The notes under the pieces were generated by a model, which was given only the letters and a program-made list of their open reading frames with translations, was not told where the DNA came from and did not search any database. From Octopus bimaculoides (taxonomy: Eukaryota): 64,000 nt of DNA. This document shows, piece by piece, positions 26,936 to 39,317 of this stretch. Numbering within the stretch: the stretch's first letter is position 1; every line of letters starts with the position of its first letter. The stretch lies in NCBI RefSeq assembly GCF_001194135.2, contig NC_068985.1, forward strand, positions 24,698,773 through 24,762,772, given 5' to 3'. A program made the position numbers and the translations under genes.

Positions 26936-29900
26936 GGCAGTGAGCTTGCAGAATTGTTAACATGCCAGGCAAAATGCTTAGTGGCATTTCATCTGTCTCT
27001 ATGTTATGAGTTCAAATTCCACTGAGGTCATATTTGCCTTTCATCATTTCTGGGTTGATAAGATGAGTACCAGCTGAGCACTGAGGTTGATATAATTGAC
27101 CTACCCACTCCCCACCACCGTCGCCCCTGAACTTGCTGGCCTTGTACCAAAATTTGAAACCAATATCGAGGGAAGATTTTAATTTACATCACTTTAAAAT
27201 ACATAGATTGTATCAAGAGGATCAGGGGTAGTATCAGGTGGGTTGGTATCAAAGGGCTTAATTGCAAACTCAGAAATACTTACTATTTGTAGTCTCTGTC
27301 CAGAAGATTTAGCAAGTTGGTAAGCTGGAATAATGCAGAGAAGTTGTGTAAATCAGAGTTGAAAAATATATTCATTCCATTATAGAAACACTCAAGATAT
27401 CAACATATTCTGTTTATAAAACATGCAAGGAAACATTAAAAGCAAATTCTATGACTGAAGACAAAAAGTAAAGAGAAAAAGGGGTAACATATGTGAGAGT
27501 GGGGGGAGCTTATCTTTAGAAAGCGTATAACAGCAATTTTGATTATAGTTGGAATATTAATCAGTTCAAACATAATCGATGACTAAATGGGTGATAAAAT
27601 ATGCAACAATTGTAACGAACCAAAAAATATAATTACAATCTGTACTTGTGAGGACAAAAAACATTAGTATAATGTTCAATTCTGGTCAAGAATGGTAAGG
27701 GAGATGACTCTATAATTTAAATAAATTAAAAATTATACGTGTATGCAATGATGAATAAGCCTGATCTTTGGTATTCAGTAATAAGTCTGGGCATGTTTCT
27801 CTGTTTTATTAGACAAGCTCAGTAAGGTGATGTCTTTACTAGTACTTTTTAACCAGTCATGAGCAAACTATGGCCCATGGTATGTCTAATGGTATGTCTA
27901 ATGAATGGTATGTCTAATGAAAAATAACTTTGAATTCTTTTGTAGTGTGGACAAACTGATGATAAGCCATATCTCATGCAGCTTACCTTTTGATAAAGGT
28001 TGCCCATGCCTGTTTTAGACTTTAAGATGATCAAGATATAGAGTCTATGTGTGTAAACACTGAGATACGTTACACCTTATATGACTGAGAGGACAAATTC
28101 GCCTCCCCCCCCACCTCTCTCTCTTCATGTCATGCCAACACCACAGATGTTGGATCTGGTCAGCTTTAACATAAAACAAGTAGAATGTTCATTATGGATA
28201 TGGCTGGATTAAATGCTAAAGGATTAAAGCAAGAAACACACACACACATGCGCACAAAAACTAATTGTATTACCTGTCATGTTAGGGTTGTTAGGTGAAT
28301 AATAATTTATCTGAAAAAAAAAAAGAAAAAATTCAATAATATATTCATGTACAAAAAAATAAAATCAAGTTTTAAAAACTAGCAGATATCTGTCAACATG
28401 ACTAGAACTGAAGAGATAAACTGTCAAGTCAGAATTGTTCAGAGATGCAATCATTCCTTGAAGAGACAGGAGAAGCTATCACTAATATTGACCAAAAATG
28501 TTGTTGTTTCTAGAAATGGCGAGATGCTGTTGTTTCTAGAACTGGTCAAAGATGACGTGTCCAGAATTAACCATACATGCAGTCATCTGTAAAGCTAACC
28601 TGAGATATTATAGCCTAAAGTACCACCCAGAGATCTGTCATTTCTAAAATCAGTCAGAGACTGACATCTCTAGGAACAATTATGATCAGCCAAATCTAGA
28701 AGCAGTCAAAAACTCCATCATGTGTAGAACCAGCCAGAGATGCTATGACTTCTAGAACTATCCAAAAGAACATAGCCCTAGCTCTAGAATATTACCACAT
28801 TACAGACATTTCAAGGACTATGTAGACTAACAAAGAACTTTAGAAACTGCATATACAAACAATAAATATTTAAATGAAGTTAAAAGTTTTTGCATGTTTC
28901 TAAAAGGCTAACATGTGGCATACATGATGAAATCAAAGTCTCAGATCTAAATACTTGCCTGACAAGTACACCTCCAAAATACTGGAAGTAGTTTTCCTAG
29001 AAATATTTGTGCAGTGGACAAACATTTCTAGAACTAATATCAGAGCTTCAGATTTCTCTTCACATTTCAAAATGCACTGACATTTCAATTAGTTTACTTG
29101 CACTAATTACTGCAAAGTGTATAGTTTCGAAAGCATAAGTGTATGCTTATAAACTACTAACAAACTCTATCTTGCAACAACGGTCAAACACAGGACAGTT
29201 TCTACTTACATCTGCTCCTGAATACAGAATTCTCATTGTCTTCAGTATATCATCGTCCTGTGCAGCTTTTAGGAGGGCCTATAATAGATGAAATGAGATT
29301 TCAAATAAATGTATACACACATACATAATAATCATTTATTCATCATTATTATCATATCATCCTATAATAGTTCTGTTATTGGAGACATGAGTGTTATAAT
29401 ACACACATGTGCACATGACAGACTTTCAGTTTCCAATTACCAAATCCAATTGCAATGCTTCGGTCAGCCCAAGGCCATAGTACAAGATACTTGCCCAAGG
29501 TACCAAAGTCGGTTTTTATTGCATCTATGGAAATCAGACAAGCTTGTGATAGTTGCTGCTGTTAAATTCCAGATCAATCCTAATGAAGCAGTCTTCAAAA
29601 TGGCAAGCAACACACCCATTGTTTGTTTTGTTTAGTTATATATATATATATATTTTTTTAAGTTCCCATGCCAGTGACACGTAACAACATCCGTGCTGGT
29701 GACACATCACAGCACCCGTGCCGGTGACATGTAACAGCACTTGAGCCGGTGACACGTAACAGCATCCGTGCTGGTGACACATCACAGCATCCGTGCTGGC
29801 GACACATCACAGCACCCGTGCCGGTGACACATCACAGCACCCATGCCGGTGACACATCACAGCACCCGTGCCGGTGACATGTAACAGCACCTGTGCCGGT

Positions 29901-31004
29901 GACACATCACAGCATCCGTGCTGGTGACACATCATAGCACTTGTGCCGGTGACACATCACAGCACCTGAGCTGGTGACACATCACAGCACCCGTGCTGGT
30001 GACATGTAACAGCACCTGAGCCGGTGACACGTAACAGCATCTGTGCTGGTGACACATCACAGCATCCGTGCTGGTGACACATCATAGCACTTGTGCCGGT
30101 GACACATCACAGCACCTGAGCTGGTGATACATCACAGCACCTGTGCCGGTGACATGTAACAGCACCCGTGCCGGTGACACATCACAGCACCCGTACCAGT
30201 GACACATCACAGCACCTGAGCTGGTGACATGTAACTGCACCTGAGCCGGTGACACCTAACAGCATCCATGCCAGTGACATGTAATAGCACCTGTACTGGT
30301 GATACACAAAAGCACCCACTACACTATTGGAGTGGTTGGCATTAGGAAGGACATGAAGCTGTAAAAACCAAGCCAAAATCACACTGGCACCTGGTACAGC
30401 TTTCTAACTTACCATTTCCAGCTAAACCGTATAACCCATGCCAGCAATTCAGTTAATAAATATAAGACAAAAAACAAATAAACAATTGCACTTACCTCAT
30501 TTAGCTCTTCATGGTTTTTATAACAATGATAATAGTTGACAAAAGCTTTGTTCTTGTACTTGTTTTCAATAAACAGCTTACGTTCTGCTTCATTCGTGTC
30601 CCAGTCAATGACAAAGTCTGGATTTTTATTAAATTCCCAAAAGTTATTTGCATTCTCGTTGCCAATTCTAAGAAGTAACTGCAAAGTTTCAAAAAGAAAA
30701 TGAAATTAAAATTACGATGATATATTTTGTATCTTCTGATTATTTTTCAGCTCTTACCAGTCAAAGCATAGCATATCTTTTATCTTTCACTTGTTTCAGT
30801 CATAAGACTGTGGCCATACCGGGGCACTGCTATGAAGAATTTTTAGTCAAATGAATCAACCCTAGTACTTACTTTTTTAAAGCCAGGAACTTATTTTATC
30901 AGTCTCTTTTGCCAGACCACTAAGTTATGGAGTGGAGAAGTTAACACATTAACACCAGCAATCAAGCAGTGGTGGGGGACAAACTCAGGCAAAAAGACAC
31001 ACAC

Positions 31005-31047
<43 letters not shown>

Positions 31048-33961
31048 GCTTGTTTTATTTACCATCTACCAAATCCTCTCACAAGGATTTGGTCAGCCCA
31101 AACCTATAGTAGTAAAGAATTGCCTAAGGGGCACATAGAATCATGTGGTTCAGAAGCAAATTTCTTACCACACAACCATGCCTGCACACAGGTAGATGCA
31201 TAAAATCTCTAAGCACGAAGTTCACAGTCTGAAAATTTATGATTTTGATAACTCTTTTACTGTAGAAATCAGATATATCCATTCAAAATTTTATTATCCA
31301 TGAAATTAGAAAGTAGTTTTATATACCATTCCATCTTTTGTAGAATATTATCATACCAGTGGCACGTAAAAACACCCATTATACTCTCAGAGTGGTTGGT
31401 GTTAGGAAGGGCATCCAGCCGTTGAAACCATACCTAATCAGATGGGAGTCTGGTGCAGACCCTCAGCTTATCAGTCCTGGTTAAACCATTCAACCCATGT
31501 CTTCATGGACAACGGACATTAAATGATGATGATGATGATGATGATGATGATCTATCAACCTCACTGAGGCAACATGACTTGCAGGAAATGCCATGTTTTT
31601 TATTTTGTTTTTGTAGATATTTTAGCATTACTGGAATAACCCGCAATGTTAAATACCAGACTCACAGTTAAAGGATTAATAACAGACATTTAGACATGTA
31701 GGAAAGAACTTAAAATAAATTTATTCTATTATTGAAACTCAACATTTAAAAGAAGGTTTTAGTTAAAACAGTTAAATAAGGTTTACCAACCAAAATCTTG
31801 TATTGGTATTGATATCGCAGTAATGATATCTTACTAAAGATTAACCATAGGAACTTCAATATGATGGGTTTCATAAGTATTATTTTCATGCAACTAAAGG
31901 TAGAGTAGAGTTAAGCAGGTCAACAACAAAAAGGTTAATTTTTTTAACGAACACTAAATTATTAATAGGCATTGGATATTCAAAATTTCTTTTTAATTTT
32001 AAAAACTTTGTAATAAGTAAGCAAAAAAATTTTTTAAACGTAAATTCTATGCATCATATTACTTATAGTTCCTTAATTTCAAATTGCTAATCCCGCCAAA
32101 TATTATGAAGAAATGATTATCTCCCTTGTAATACCCGAGACCACTAAGCGATTTTAAAATATAATTTTTGCCTAATTATTAAAAGTTGTTTTCTGTTGAA
32201 TGGTAGAAATAAACCATAAAAAAATTATCATTTTTAACCTCTAAAATAGCTAATTATTTGATTATCAAATGAAATAATTAAATTGATCAAATCCCTTTTA
32301 TAAAACTGAAGGACAATGATTTTAAAATTTAGATACAGGGCAATTGACCATGAATATACACTGTTACAATCATAGTTTTTACTCCCAAGCAAGACAACGT
32401 TATTTCCCTTTGGGCACCTGATTATAGAGAGAGGGGGAAGGGAGAGAGAGACTGAGAGAGAGAGAGAAACTGAGAGAGAGAGAGACTGAGAGAGAGAGAG
32501 ACTGAGAGAGAGAGAGACTGAGAGAGAGAGAGATTGAGAGGGAAAGAGAGAGACAGAGAGAGAGAGAGACTGAGAGAGAAAAAGAAACTGAGAGAGAGAG
32601 ACTGAGAGANNNNNNNNNNNNNNNNNNNNNNNNNNNNNNNNNNNNNNNNNNNNNNNNNNNNNNNNNNNNNNNNNNNNNNNNNNNNNNNNNNNNNNNNNNN
32701 NNNNNNNNNNNNNNNNNNNNNNNNNNNNNNNNNNNNNNNNNNNNNNNNNNNNNNNNNNNNNNNNNNNNNNNNNNNNNNNAGAGAGAGACTGAGAGAGAGA
32801 GACTGAGAGAGAGAGACTGAGAGAGAGAGACTGAGAGAGAGAGACTGAGAGAGAGAGACTGAGAGAGAGAGACTGAGAGAGAGACAGAGAGACAGAGAGA
32901 GAGAGAGAGACTGAGAGAGAAAGAGAGACTGAGAGAGAGAGACTGAGAGAGAGAGAGAGAGACTGAGAGAGAGAGAAAGAGAGAGAGAGAGAGAAAGAGA
33001 CACACACACACACACTGAGAGAGAGAATGTATGTGTGTACAGACACGTATACATGCATACAAGAAGCAAGTTTATAATTATCAAACATGAAGAACTCTTA
33101 AGCAAATTCTATTAATGAATACAAATACAACTTACTTCTATTAGTGATGTAGTCCATACTTTAACATCCAAAGTCATTGACTTCACTATATTAAAATCTC
33201 GATGAATTCCTGAAGAAAATAACACAAAAGAAGATATAAAATATTCTCAAACCAACTTGAAACTCAAAGGAGCAGTAACACAAAAAAGAGAAAGGAAAAC
33301 AAGAAGAGTTAATGTGTTATAATAATGAAATTATTATGTATAGTACTCGGGTGCACTATACACTACTATATTTGAAATATTGAATATAACATTGTCACTT
33401 CTTCCACCAAACTAGTAAAATCTGCACACTAATATTCAGATATAGCATCATAGATTTAGCCCTTTTGTAATCATATTTCTGAGGAAGTAAACTATCCACG
33501 AATTTAGATCAATTTTTAAAATAATCAAGAAATGGTTGAAGATAAAATGCTTCACAGAATTTGTTCCAGCTCTTTACATTCTGAGTTCAAATCCTACCAA
33601 GGCTAACTTTGCTTTTTGTCTTTTTGGAGACTGATAAAATTAAGTGTCAGACTAGTTTCATTCTTCCCCGAATCTGTGGCTCTGTATTAAATTTGGAAGA
33701 ATTTATTAAGACAGTAATTGGCACTACACAAATGTTTCTTATTCAAATTAAAATAGAAGATTGTAGTTGCACTTGTCTAACATTGACTTTAATCTTAAAC
33801 CATTACATTAAAATTAGTCATTTCATCACCAGGCACCCCTCCTGTGCCCAACCAAACCAACCATGCCAAAACAGACAGCAGAGTTTGGTGCAATCCTTTG
33901 GCTTGCCAGCTCCAGTCAATCTGTCCTACCCATGCCAACATAGAAGACATGTTAAATGATG

Positions 33962-34038
<77 letters not shown>

Positions 34039-35627
34039 CATTATTCAATTAATCTTACAACATAGTCCCACAAGATTTACAGGAGATATGCAAGCTGTTT
34101 CTACAAGGTCTACTTAGAAGCCCCATTTTGATATTGTCTTCATATAACAATGATAGTAACAATGGCAATGATGATGAAATTAACAATCTTATTAAAAACT
34201 TATAATTAACAAAATCTCACCTGAACATTTCAAACAAAACACCATGCCTAGGTCTATAGCAGCCCAAGTTGGTTCTGAAGCAAAGTGAAATCATTGTTAG
34301 AATAATTCAGAGGTTTGAGTTGTTCCTTATTTAAATAAATTCAAGCATATTCATGTGTTTAAGAAGTTCAGTTCATAATTTTGTGGTTCTGGGTTTGATC
34401 CCAATGAAAAGCTTGGACAAATGTTTTTTTTTATTGTAGCCTTTATGCATCCAGTTTGGCACGAGTATGTGTAGAAGAACATCACCTGCACATGTGTGCA
34501 TGTGTGTATATGCATGTTTGTGTACACTAGTGTAAACTGATGCACCATGATGCAGCTCTCTCCCATACATTTACCCATCTTTTGTCCCTCATCTCCCAGC
34601 ATGACGTTGCCCCAGTTTATACTCTTTCAAACTGCATGATGACCTCATTAGCACATGTAGAACTGAAAAAGTATCCAGTAAATGCTGTAAAGTGGATAGT
34701 GATAAGAAGGGCATCCAATCAAATACTGGAGCCTCGTGCAGTCCATGGGCCCAACAGATCCTGTCAAGCCATCTGACCCATTCCAGCATGGAACACAGAC
34801 ATTAATTAACACATTAGCTACCATATGTACCACTGATGGTTCATCACAAACTTCACACAACCACCATAAGCATCACAGAGGTGTATTTTCATAATTTGAG
34901 AAAATATTTTATTCTGTCTCTTTGAAATTATTTCAAGGCTATTTACATAACACAAGTGCTAAATATCAAAGTTTAATTATGAAATATTGTGAAAATGCAA
35001 AAATATTACATTTCCTTGTAATTAAACAGCTAACAGTGTAATCAAAAATACATGGTGGCTCCACTACTGAGTTCCAGTAACAGGTTGTGGCAGTTAAAAT
35101 GTTAAATGATCCTGATAATCACTAGAAGTTAAACCAGAAAACATTGCTCGCTTTGAAACAAAGTACAGGGGCATTTTTATTTCAGAACAAGGGCAATATG
35201 AAGGCATAAGGCCCATGCTTTTTTCCAGGATTATTATCAATAATGCAAGTGACATAAAATGGCTTTAAATGAGTTTATGAACAGTGAAAAAATAGTGGTA
35301 GAGAGCTGAAGCACTAGAACATTACCTTCTAATTAATAGCAAAAAATTGACTGTTTTACCACAAAACTAACAGATCTTTATCTAAATTAATAAAAACAAA
35401 GAAAATAACTTTTCTCTTTCCAATGGGTTTTGAAATCAGGAATATGATTTGTCTTACCTTCCATTCCACAGTCAGCACAATGTTTGTTGCTATTGTTCTC
35501 CCAGATTTTCCTTGCAATCTGAAATTCGAACATATATATACCAAAATAAATACATGCATGCCAAAGAATTAGATTCTATCTACAGCACAATCCAGACAGT
35601 CATTTGCAAGCAGGCAGGTATAGGTAA

Positions 35628-35660
<33 letters not shown>

Positions 35661-36206
35661 TATATATATATATACATACATACACACACACACACATGCA
35701 TAAACATATATATATACACACACACACACATGCATAAACATATATATACACACACACATTCTGTAAATAATAATAATAATGGTATTTTTTTATAAGCTTA
35801 AATCTTATAGCAATTACGTGATAATGCGGCATATAAGCCCTCAACAGAAAAATGTAAGCTTTCCCATATGCGTGGGACACAAACCCAAACCCACATCCCT
35901 TTCTTAACGCAAGTACACACACACAAACATATATATATATTAGTTGAAGGATTAAAATTAATCAAAGGACATAGTAACTATGTCTACCTGCAGGAAATAA
36001 GAGTTTTGACTGTTATTTCCAGCAGGTAGACATACTTAGTATGTCCTTTGATCAATTTTAATCCTTCAGTTATTTAATGCTTTTTAGGACCTGCAATTGC
36101 TTCTATTATTGATTCTGTTATTATCATTTTTAAATTGTTACACTAGATAATAATTGAGTCAATGATATCTTCGCAAATTATTTTTTCGGGAATTATTTGC
36201 TTCGTA

Positions 36207-36251
<45 letters not shown>

Positions 36252-39006
36252 AATGAAATATCTATGTTCATAAAGATATTGTTATTGTTAATATCATCTA
36301 CGATAAATATAAGTAATCGATAATATTAGTAACAACAATATAGAGGGTTAACAAGTATTTAATAGTGTTAAATAGCTATAAAATTTTAAAATTAGTGTTA
36401 AGCATCAGGGCATTCATATGTATGTCAGACTCATTAGAAATAAGAGTTAAAACCCCAAATTAAGCCTCTGAAAAACTGAGAAATAAGACAGAAGACAAAC
36501 TTGGGATGTAAACACATCAATACCGATTGTCAAGTGATGGTGGAGGACAAACATATACACAAAGACACACACACACACACAGATATATATTTATATAAAT
36601 ATATATGTTGGGTTTCTTTCAGTTTCCATCAACCAAATCTACTCACAAGGCTTTGGTCAGCCCAAGGCTATAGTAGAAGACACTTGGCCAAGAAGCCACA
36701 CAGTGGGACTGAACCTATATTAGCTAGGCAAGGCAAGGAAAACACACACACACACACACACAGAGGCAGGCAGACAGACAGACAGTATCAGGACAATTAC
36801 CCTCCATAGGACAATTCCCCCCCCCCCCGATGACAACTACCCCCTAGGACAATTACCCACCTTGGTTAACTACCCCCTCTCCAATATATGAAGAAGTTTT
36901 AAATCTTCATTTGTTGTCCTCAGGGGTAATTGTCCATGGGTGGGGGATCCATGTGGCTGGAAAGCTAACTTCTTTCCACACAGTCACACCTGCACCCATC
37001 TGATGAGAACTAGAATGAAGATCCTAGTGAAAGATGACAATAATTCAAATATTTTCACCTGTAAATCTACTAGTGCAGAGTCAATTGCATTAGTCAACAC
37101 CAATTTCCATTCTTTCGTTTCCTGAGGGTTATCAAATACCATGCTGGAAAAAGAATAATAAAAAGCTGATATTATTACAAGTCATTCCTTGCTTAAACTC
37201 ATCATGAGATAACAAAGGTAACTTACTGTTCAGTAGGTACAAATTTCTTTTGAGTAATGATTTTAGAAAGAGAGAGCAGGGAGAGGGAGAGAGATGTGAA
37301 GGAGTGTGCATGTTATCATCAGTTGCTAATGGAAAATACAACATGGCAGAGACAAAATGGAGGAGGCCTGACATAACAAATGGATACAGGTTAAAGATTC
37401 GCAGAACGCTTTATTCTGTCCAGCCTATAACAGCTGGGAAAAATGGTCAAATGTGTGATGATGATGATGATGATGTGGTGGTGGTGGCATGTGGTGGTGA
37501 TAGTGAGGAGGGGTGAGGGAGGACAACAACAGGAACAATGCTGATGATTAGAATAATGATATTTATTGGGGCAAGTGAAAGCGAAATCGTGATGGCACCA
37601 CCATTCGAGCGTGATCATTACCAGGAACGCGACGTTCCTGGTACGTGAAAAGTCATTTGAGTGAGATCATTGCCAGTGCCGCTGGACTGGCTCCTGTGCA
37701 GGTGGCATGTAAAATACACCATTTTGAGCATGGCCGTTGCCAGTACCGCCTGACTGGCCTTCGTGCCGGTGGCACGTAAAAGCACCCATTACACTCTCGG
37801 AGTGGTTGGCATTAGGAAGAGCATCCAGCTNNNNNNNNNNCGGTGGCACGTAAAAGCACCCATTACACTCTCGGAGTGGTTGGCATTAGGAAGAGCATCC
37901 AGCTGTAGAGACTCTGCCAAATCAGATTGGAGCCTGGTGTAGCCATCTGGTTCACCAGTCCTCAGTCAAATCGTCCAACCCATGCTAGCATGGAAAGCGG
38001 ACGTTAAACGACGATGATGATGATTTAATCTAAAACAGTATTTTTTCTGTCACCTAATGTGACAAATCCTGTAAATAAGATATTCCATTCAGATGTTCAT
38101 GCCCCTTTTCTCTCTCATCTCTCTTTCTCTCTCTCTCTCTATCTATGTCTTTTTCACTCACTTCATTGTGTTGAGTATTGAGTCCAACAGTCAAAAAGTT
38201 AAACTGCATAGAATATATTTGTGTACCTTGTGCAGCAATTATAAATGAACATGCGAGAAAGAGAGAGAAAGAGAATGATACACTACAGAAAATGTAGAAG
38301 ATATGTAGAGGATACAGAAATAAAATGGAAACATAAACAACACTGTTGGTACTACAAGATGAGAGAATGTTGTGTATTGTAAATACCCAGCATGCAACAG
38401 AATCCTGTGTTAAAGTTACTTAATGAAGACTTACTTTATGTTGCAGTAATGCGTGCATAATTGAAGTTTATTTCGAGCAAGTTCTTTCACTGCTGCCAAT
38501 TTCATGTCAATCTCATGAATTGGAGAAGCAATTTCATAATCCTGCAGCAAAATGAAAACAAGAAGTAGGACATATTGTTATTCGGAGAACAATTGTTTTC
38601 ACATTCCAGAAGCATTCTATTAACATGTAATGCAAACTACTTTGAAAGATGTATCAAGAAATTGATAAAATTGAAATGAATTCTATTATGTAAAATGAAA
38701 CCAAAAAAGAAGCAATAACTACCCTTTGATTGTGGTAATAACATAGAATACTGCCTTTCAGTGCTACAAAGACTTTTGCCCTTTCAGTTTCAAACTTGAT
38801 AATTCCCTGTCAAACAAAAGAAAAACAAAGAATCTGATTAACATGAATTTCTCTGAGAATTAACATCATCTTTTGTGTTTCTGTGTTGTATTGTAAAGGT
38901 GAAATTAGCAAACGTTAAATTCAAGAAACAATTCACACATATTTAACTCTACATGAGGTATGTTGTTGTGTCTTTGGGTGTATATGTGTGTGTACATGCA
39001 TGCATG

Positions 39007-39052
<46 letters not shown>

Positions 39053-39266
39053 TACATACATACATACATACATACATACAAACAAGCAAGCAAACAAACA
39101 ACTGTGACTGGAGTTAAAAAGCATGCTTCTCAACCATTTGGTATTAGGTTCAGTCCTATTGCATGGCACCTTGGCAAGCATTTTCTACTAGGCCCAACCA
39201 AAGCCTTGTGCATTGATTTGGTAGACAGAAAACTGAAAGAAGCCTGTCATTTATGTAATGCATGCA

Positions 39267-39317
<51 letters not shown>

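Noticed and set aside
29668-30315. Regular GC-rich repeat array as a CRISPR array
   Set aside because: Head-to-tail 25-bp units with no unique spacers, no cas genes, eukaryotic intron, and continuous with a LINE 3'UTR.
32234-33088. SL-repeat ORFs
   Set aside because: Translations of the GA/GACT microsatellite and gap.
37769-37900. Tandem duplication of ~60 bp around a 10-N gap
   Set aside because: Identical sequence on both sides of a minimal gap is the signature of an unmerged contig overlap.
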